Positions 58,165 to 64,000 of a stretch of DNA of 64,000 bases are shown here, piece after piece (positions within the stretch are counted from its first letter, which is position 1; every line of letters starts with the position of its first letter). Source of the DNA: Candidatus Sumerlaeaceae bacterium (lineage in GTDB: Bacteria; Sumerlaeota; Sumerlaeia; Sumerlaeales; Sumerlaeaceae); contig JBMFRB010000007.1 of assembly GCA_049968255.1 (NCBI GenBank), positions 96,001 through 160,000 on the forward strand, given 5' to 3'. A program made the position numbers and the translations under genes. Below the pieces are notes generated by a model, which ran no database searches, had not been told where the DNA came from, and worked only from the letters and a program-made list of their open reading frames with translations.

Positions 58165-59827
58165 GGGCTACTTCTTTCTCCTGTTGCACACTACGATAGT
58201 CATAGGGTTCGCATGTGACCACGGGCGTCTGCTCGAAATTGTAAACAGGGGGAGGTGACGAGGTTCTCCACTCGAGCCCCGTTGCGCCCCACGGGTTAGC
58301 AGAAGCTTTTTTCCCGTAAAGCAGGGAGTAAGTCAAGTAAGCAAATGGCATGAGATAGCCAATTCCAAGAATCATTGCTCCCGATGAACTAAGCACATGG
58401 AGAATTTGGAACTCAGGGACGTACTCGTGATAATGGCGCGGCATCCCAAGATATCCTAACAAAAACTGTGGGAAGAATGTAAAATTGAAGCCAAGGAAAA
58501 TGACAATTGCAGCTAACTGCCCCCAGCCGTCCGGTTAGAGTCTTCCTGTCATCTTTGGCCACCAGAAATGCAACGCGCCAAGAAAGCCCATGATTGTCGC
58601 TCCGACCATCACGTAATGAAAGTGCGCCACAACAAAATAAGTGTCGTGAACGTGATAGTCCATTCCGAGGCAAGCAAGAAACAGTCCTGTGAGCCCGCCA
58701 ATTGCAAAAAGCCCAATAAACCCGAACGCGTAAATCATTGGAGTGGAAAAGGAGATGCTTCCTTTGTACAGTGTTGCGGTCCAATTAAAGACCTTAACCG
58801 CGGACGGAATGGCTACAAGGAAGCTTAAGGCTGAGAAAATCAAACCAGCGAACTCGGACTGGCCACTTACCAACATATGATGCCCCCAAACGAAAAAGCC
58901 GACAATGGCAATAGCTAAGCTGGACATTGCAACAAATGAGTACCCGAACACTGGCTTTTTTGAAAAAGTCGAAAATAGCTCACTCATCACGCCCATGGCT
59001 GGCAAAATCATGATATAGCCGGCCGGATGCGAGTAAAACCAGAACAGATGTTGAAAGAGCAAAGGGTCCCCCCCGAGAGATGGATCAAACAATCCGACTT
59101 TCCAAATTCGCTCTACGGCGACAAGCAGGATGGTGATGGCCAGAACCGGTGTCCCCAGCAACATAATGATGCTGGTGGCATAATGAGCCCAAACGAAGAG
59201 TGGTAGACGGAACCACGTCATCCCTGGTGCTCGCATTTTGTGGATAGTGACCATGAAATTCAATCCTGTAAACACTGAGGAAAATCCAATGATAAATATC
59301 CCAAGACCAGTAACGACGACAGCACTGTTCGAAAATGTCGTGCTGTAAGGGGTATAGAACGTCCATCCTGTGTCAATGCCGCCCGTGAACATCGCCATAA
59401 GAGTGAGAGCGGCACCGATCATGTACATGTACCAGCTTGCCAGGTTAATCCGGGGGAAAGCGAGATCTTTTGCGCCTATCATCAGCGGAATCAGAAAATT
59501 GCCAAACACACCGGGGATTGCTGGCACGAGAAACAGAAAGATCATGATAATGCCATGCTGTGTGAACAAACGATTGTATGTGTCAGAGCTAACGACGTCG
59601 CCTTTTGGGGTGATAAGCTCGAGGCGAATCAAGAACGCCAGAATTCCCCCAATGATAAAAAAGAACGTGACACCAATCAGATAGAGCAAGGCTATACGCT
59701 TGTGATCGACTGTGAGAAGCCAAGATTTCAGTGTATAGCCGGCACGTAAATAGTTTGACATATCGTGGCTTTCAGCTGTATCAGCAAAGCCCTCGTGGTC
59801 AGCTGAGTGAGTTAGGCTTGTACTCAT
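58157..59827 (-). pseudogene. ctaD: Cytochrome c oxidase subunit I (type A2) interrupted by an in-frame TAA at 58535-58537
   Basis: DHKRI, HG, FWFYSHP..Y, WGHHM and [12 protein letters not shown], then [14 protein letters not shown]...[13 protein letters not shown] continuing in the same frame to 58157. Confidence 0.88.
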
Positions 59828-60810
59828 TTTCCAGCCTCCTTAGTGACGCTTGTGGTTTTTTCCAGGTTCGCCGCTTTATTGTCTGACGCCAATGACTTAA
59901 TGTACGCCACAACATGCATCACCTGCTCCTCGGTCATCAACCCTTGAAAGCTGGGCATAATAGGTTGATAGCCCTCGACGATTTTTGCGCTAGGATTCAT
60001 AAGAGATTCGCGCAGGTAATCTTCATTTGCAACGACACTCCTGCCATCGACGAACTTCACCGTTTTGCCGTAAAGATTGGTGAGGGACGGCCCCCGAGCT
60101 CCGGATGTGTCGGTGTGACATGTATTGCAGGCAAACTTGCTGAACAGGACTTCACCTGCTTGAGCAGGTGTACCACCCACCTCATCGCCGAGCCATGCCT
60201 GAAACTCGCGCGGATCCATGACGATAACTCTACCAATCATTTTGGAGTGGTTAGTTCCACAATACTGGTTGCAAAAGAGTCTGTAGACCCCGGTCTTGGT
60301 GGCCTGAAACCACGTACGTGTCCATCGCCCTGGAACAACATCCTGCTTCATTCTAAAAGCTGGGACGTAGACATTGTGGATCACATCTTCAGACCCCATG
60401 GTAAGCTTCACAGGAACGCCCGCGGGAACGTGTAGGTCGTTAATTTCGCGTTTTCCATTCGGATGCTGGAACTTCCACATCCATTGCTTGCCAGTCACCA
60501 AGACTTCGTAAGCGTCATTCGGGGGACGAAGCTGATCGTGGTAGACCTTCGCCCCCCAGAAGAACATGATGGCGACGAGAGCCAGGGGGATTCCGGTCCA
60601 GATGATTTCTAGTGTTTTTGAGCCATGGATCGGCGGCGGCAAAGGATCATGATCGCTTTGGCGGCGATACTTAATGGCAAAAACGACGACAAGAACAAAA
60701 ATTAAGAGAGTGAAAAATACTGTTACGCCAGTGAGGTAGAAGAACAGTGCGTCTACTCTTGGTGCCAAGACTGACGCTTGTTCCGGAAATAGTTCAAATC
60801 TCGGTTCCAT
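59824..60810 (-). CDS. ctaC: Cytochrome c oxidase subunit II with fused C-terminal cytochrome c (caa3)
   Basis: LEIIWT, QWMW, DVIH, CuA site [12 protein letters not shown], then heme c CNTCH and MPSF. Confidence 0.93.
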   Translation of the reverse strand: MEPRFELFPEQASVLAPRVDALFFYLTGVTVFFTLLIFVLVVVFAIKYRRQSDHDPLPPPIHGSKTLEIIWTGIPLALVAIMFFWGAKVYHDQLRPPNDAYEVLVTGKQWMWKFQHPNGKREINDLHVPAGVPVKLTMGSEDVIHNVYVPAFRMKQDVVPGRWTRTWFQATKTGVYRLFCNQYCGTNHSKMIGRVIVMDPREFQAWLGDEVGGTPAQAGEVLFSKFACNTCHTDTSGARGPSLTNLYGKTVKFVDGRSVVANEDYLRESLMNPSAKIVEGYQPIMPSFQGLMTEEQVMHVVAYIKSLASDNKAANLEKTTSVTKEAGK

Positions 60811-60812
60811 GT

Positions 60813-61652
60813 TTACTCCACTGTATGAGTCCCCAAAAGTTTTCGCGCTCGGAATTCTTTACGGAGGAAGAGCGTTATCGCTGAGATAATAGCTATGACG
60901 GTGACTATGCCTGCCACTCGCACAGAAGTTATAATGGCCCATCCGTAGCGGCCAGTAAGTGGATCATATTTATAGCATAAGAGAATTGCCTGGTCAACTA
61001 GGTTGCCGATCTTGCCATTCGAAGCTTCGATTACACCCAACCGTAAATCCCTTGGAGGATAATCAATTCCATAGAAGTAGCGCGAAATGGTCCCGTCCGG
61101 GGCGACAACGATAATGGCGGCGGCATGAGCATACTGTTGAAGTTTTTTGTCCCAAACATATCGGAAACCTAGTGCCTGTGTGAGACTAGTTATGGTTTCT
61201 TGGTTTCCGGTAAGAAAATGCCAGCCAAGCTCCGCGCCATCCTGTTTCAGCTCTGCGATGTAATTTTTCTTTTTTTCTGCCGCGAGTTGTGGAGTGTCCT
61301 TTGGATCGAAACTGAAGGTGACCACTTGAAAATCCTTCCCCACGCGTAAAGGTGTGACCTTTAGTGCCCGAACCAAACCATTAAGTACCTGCGTGCAGAG
61401 CATGGGACATTCAAAATAAACAGGGGTTATGATAACCGGAGCCGACGTAAAGAACTCTTTTAGCCTGACCTGACGGCCTGTTTCGTCCAGAAAGACGAGG
61501 TCGGTGGGCACTGCGTGCCCTATTTTTTGATCAATCCCCACTTCACGCCAAACGGGTGCTGAATCTCCCTGTGCCCCGGCGGACAATGACGCCAGAAGCA
61601 TGAGGAGGAAGTGCGCCACAATGCTTGGCCATGATGTTATTTTTGCATCCAC
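60813..61652 (-). CDS. SCO1/SenC copper chaperone
   Basis: Signal peptide; CPMLC, FSFDP, WHFLTG, HAA and SRYFYG; C-terminal TM. Confidence 0.9.
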   Translation of the reverse strand: MDAKITSWPSIVAHFLLMLLASLSAGAQGDSAPVWREVGIDQKIGHAVPTDLVFLDETGRQVRLKEFFTSAPVIITPVYFECPMLCTQVLNGLVRALKVTPLRVGKDFQVVTFSFDPKDTPQLAAEKKKNYIAELKQDGAELGWHFLTGNQETITSLTQALGFRYVWDKKLQQYAHAAAIIVVAPDGTISRYFYGIDYPPRDLRLGVIEASNGKIGNLVDQAILLCYKYDPLTGRYGWAIITSVRVAGIVTVIAIISAITLFLRKEFRARKLLGTHTVE

Positions 61653-62128
61653 GCTGGTCTCCGTTCAATAAACCGGCCGCTCGCGGAGTCGGCGGCAAAG
61701 CTTGTTAGCTGATCCCTGGCGGAGTTGTTGGAGTTGGTAGGGTTTTGACGTTGGGGAAGTCCGTCTTCGAGCATGAGTACAATCGCGTGTTCGATGGGCA
61801 CACGTACTTTGCCGTGGGCCTTATCTACCCAGCCATATGAATGAAGTATTGCGTCTTCTTCCGCTCTCATGCGTTCCATGTCTTCGCGGGGGGACAACTG
61901 CAACCGAGGTTCAGGCGGCAAGGGAAGATTACGGGCTACGACACCTCGGGCTGGCTCCCCACCACGGCCCCGGTCAAGGGAGACAAACAAAACCCACACT
62001 AGGTATACGATTGCAACAGTTGCAAGCACGAGGGCCGCTAACCATTTGGCAATCACTTGCCATTTTGTGTCCCGAGTTTCATAACCGGGTTCAGAGTGCT
62101 CGTGCAGGTGTTGGTCAGTGCTTGCCAT
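61637..62128 (-). CDS. Alternative complex III small subunit (ActG-like)
   Basis: GYETRD, one TM, PPEPRLQ and YGWVD..GKVRVPIEHA; lies after actF. Confidence 0.75.
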   Translation of the reverse strand: MASTDQHLHEHSEPGYETRDTKWQVIAKWLAALVLATVAIVYLVWVLFVSLDRGRGGEPARGVVARNLPLPPEPRLQLSPREDMERMRAEEDAILHSYGWVDKAHGKVRVPIEHAIVLMLEDGLPQRQNPTNSNNSARDQLTSFAADSASGRFIERRPAWMQK

Positions 62129-63308
62129 GCTCGACGGCCTCCACAAAAGCGGGATCGTCAAACGGGAGAATTGAAGTACGCATGAGTAGCCTACCAAAAA
62201 GGACAATCCATACAAGACCAAAAGCGCCAATAGCTAGAAGATCGGCGATTACCATAGCTGAGGTGAGGTGAGCCGTGATCGCCGGCCTAACCATGTATTC
62301 AATATCAAGAAAACGCATAATCAGGATAAAGACTGCAACGGACATTAGCTTAGTAGGTTGCCTCTTAACGTTCTTTGACAACAGGATCAAGAAAGGTAAA
62401 GCAAAGTGGGCCACGATCAGTGCAAGTGCAACAACCTGCCATCCACCACGGAGACGCTTGAGATAGTATGGGGCCTCTTCGGCTAGGTTTCCGGACCAAA
62501 TGATAAGAAACTGAGAGAATGAAAGATATGCCCATAACATAACAAACGCAAGCAGTAATTTGCCGAAATCGTGGAAGTGCCGCTTCCCTAAATAAGCGCG
62601 GACCTCTTGCCTATTTGCGAGAAGCGCCAAGACCACGATGCTAAACGCTAGAGCGCTAAGAAGTTGTCCTGCGACGAACAGTCCCCCAAAAAGAGACGAA
62701 TACCAGTGTGGCTCGAGAGACATCACCCAGTCGATTGAAGCGAACGTCATGGTCAGACCGTACAGCACAACGCCAGGACCGCTCACTCTTGCACACTTCT
62801 GACGCGGTGACGTTACCCCCTGCTGATTGGCGATGCTTGGTCGAGCAAAGCGGACCAAAATGAGTGCGAGGGCGGTCCACACGAGGAAATAGATTATGCC
62901 ACGCAAAGCAAAGCCTGATACGTTGAGGTAGGCAGCTTTTTTAACCAAGATAGGATCGGAAAGAGCCTCCGGGCGGGCCCATTCATAGAGCTGAGGCAGG
63001 CCAATTGCCGTAATGATAGCAACTGGGATAGCAAAGAGTGGAATGGTGATACTTGCGGTCTCAAAAAGGCGACGTCCCATGACCCCCCAAGCCCCTCCGG
63101 TAAGGTATTGGATCATGAGAAACGCGAGCCCGCCGGCCGCAATGTGAAACCAGTAGAGGAATCCAATAAGGATAGATGGCCAAACACCGGCATCTAGCTT
63201 AGCATGGTGTGATGCCTGCCAGGCCGCACATGCAAGGGTCGTCGTACCGGCAAACATCGTGACTAATAGTGCAGTCGCCAAGCGGGATCGTACGCCTTTT
63301 CGGCTCAT
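62115..63308 (-). CDS. actF: Alternative complex III membrane subunit ActF
   Basis: Polytopic; YLTGGAWG, LYEW, DWVMSLEPHWYS, HDFGK and YLSFSQFLIIWSGNL.EE. Confidence 0.87.
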   Translation of the reverse strand: MSRKGVRSRLATALLVTMFAGTTTLACAAWQASHHAKLDAGVWPSILIGFLYWFHIAAGGLAFLMIQYLTGGAWGVMGRRLFETASITIPLFAIPVAIITAIGLPQLYEWARPEALSDPILVKKAAYLNVSGFALRGIIYFLVWTALALILVRFARPSIANQQGVTSPRQKCARVSGPGVVLYGLTMTFASIDWVMSLEPHWYSSLFGGLFVAGQLLSALAFSIVVLALLANRQEVRAYLGKRHFHDFGKLLLAFVMLWAYLSFSQFLIIWSGNLAEEAPYYLKRLRGGWQVVALALIVAHFALPFLILLSKNVKRQPTKLMSVAVFILIMRFLDIEYMVRPAITAHLTSAMVIADLLAIGAFGLVWIVLFGRLLMRTSILPFDDPAFVEAVEHGKH

Positions 63309-63985
63309 TACAGATGTCCCTCCGATACCTGGTTTTGCTTGGGAACCGAGGGTGTGGAGACGTTGCCCGAAGTCACAGGAGCCAACTTTTCCCGCTCGCT
63401 GTCAGGCACTTCCGCCAGGGAGGCGCGCTGACTCCTTTGCAGGACACGAATATAAGCCGCGATCGCCCAGCGGTCTGCAACCGGTATGTGATTGTAACTA
63501 AACATCCGCCCAAAACCGTTTGTCATGACATCAAAAAAGTGACCTATTGGAGCAGAGACAAGTCGGTCTTCATGGAATGATGGTGGGCGAACCATGCCGC
63601 GTCGTACTATCATCCCATCTCCGTTGCCAAGTCTACCATGACAAGGGGCGCAATAAATATTGAAGCGATCCTTCCCCCGTTCCAGTAACGCTCTGTCTAA
63701 TTTGACAGGAAGGACTTGGGTTAGAGTCGTTCCGTCCATACCTGTAAACAACATGACGTCATCTCTGAGGAATCCCCTAGCCACAGTTCCTTCAGGTAGG
63801 GGCTTAACGCCCCGTCCATCCGCAAATACTTCAGATTCTTGGAGAGGCTTGATCTTTGGCTGATAACGCATGCGTTGATCGCATGCCGTCAAAGTGACCA
63901 GCATGACCAGCATCCATGCCCAAATGGTGGGCGGACCGCTTCGCACTGTTTTTATGACACTATGCTTTTTACCAAGCAACTTCAC
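63308..63985 (-). CDS. actE: Alternative complex III monoheme cytochrome c lipoprotein ActE
   Basis: LTAC lipobox, M..QPK, GTVARG, CAPCHG, NGFGRM..Y and DRWAIAAYIR. Start uncertain. Confidence 0.87.
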   Translation of the reverse strand: MKLLGKKHSVIKTVRSGPPTIWAWMLVMLVTLTACDQRMRYQPKIKPLQESEVFADGRGVKPLPEGTVARGFLRDDVMLFTGMDGTTLTQVLPVKLDRALLERGKDRFNIYCAPCHGRLGNGDGMIVRRGMVRPPSFHEDRLVSAPIGHFFDVMTNGFGRMFSYNHIPVADRWAIAAYIRVLQRSQRASLAEVPDSEREKLAPVTSGNVSTPSVPKQNQVSEGHL

Positions 63986-64000
63986 TTACCTCGAGCGGAT
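63969..64000 (-). CDS. 3' end of the upstream gene, probably ActD (DUF3341)
   Basis: Frame reads PLEVSEVAW* at the window edge. The position before actE fits the actABCDEF order, but only about ten codons are visible. Confidence 0.4.
   Translation of the reverse strand, partial: PLEVSEVAW

Noticed and set aside
58535-58537. Stop-codon reassignment as the explanation for the ctaD TAA
   Set aside because: TAA is the normal terminator of many genes in this window (for example tuf, cysK and secY), so genome-wide recoding is not supported.

Overview
Bacterial chromosomal core region. It is mostly housekeeping DNA, and I found no integrase, transposase, phage gene or CRISPR array. Left to right: the 3' end of a class V aminotransferase; dacB, a UbiA/MqnP-type prenyltransferase and recF; clpC; tRNA-Arg(TCT); a MoxR-DUF58-DUF4129 operon followed by a TIGR03960/TIGR03936 radical SAM fusion; holB; a sulfur locus (CymR-like Rrf2, cysK, lipoprotein, SsuB/A/C-like ABC transporter); a minus-strand block of map, NUDIX, GT4, GT2, a WecA-like gene, maf and a YfhO-like gene; the S10-spc ribosomal protein cluster with secY, headed by a tuf that has no fusA upstream; a heparinase II/III (PL15-like) lyase; cobA-hemD; a GH84 GlcNAcase; ubiX; a triply frameshifted O-methyltransferase pseudogene; an ArnT-like GT; pdp, aroQ, anmK, a GT and surE; and the distal part of an alternative complex III / caa3 oxidase operon. 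The most notable observations are: (1) cytochrome oxidase subunit I has an in-frame TAA plus substitutions at conserved residues; (2) a Cse60/DUF2758-like small gene sits between rpsC and rplP; (3) the WecA/MraY homolog lacks its catalytic motifs; (4) the sulfur locus has two copies of a candidate Rrf2 operator, a candidate leader peptide, and an ABC ATPase with an Ile-terminated tail that may dock on CysK as CymR does; (5) clpC and tuf have structured leaders. All family assignments come from motif recognition by eye, with no database searches. The lineage looks like a poorly studied diderm, possibly Sumerlaeota/BRC1-like, but that is an unverified impression.
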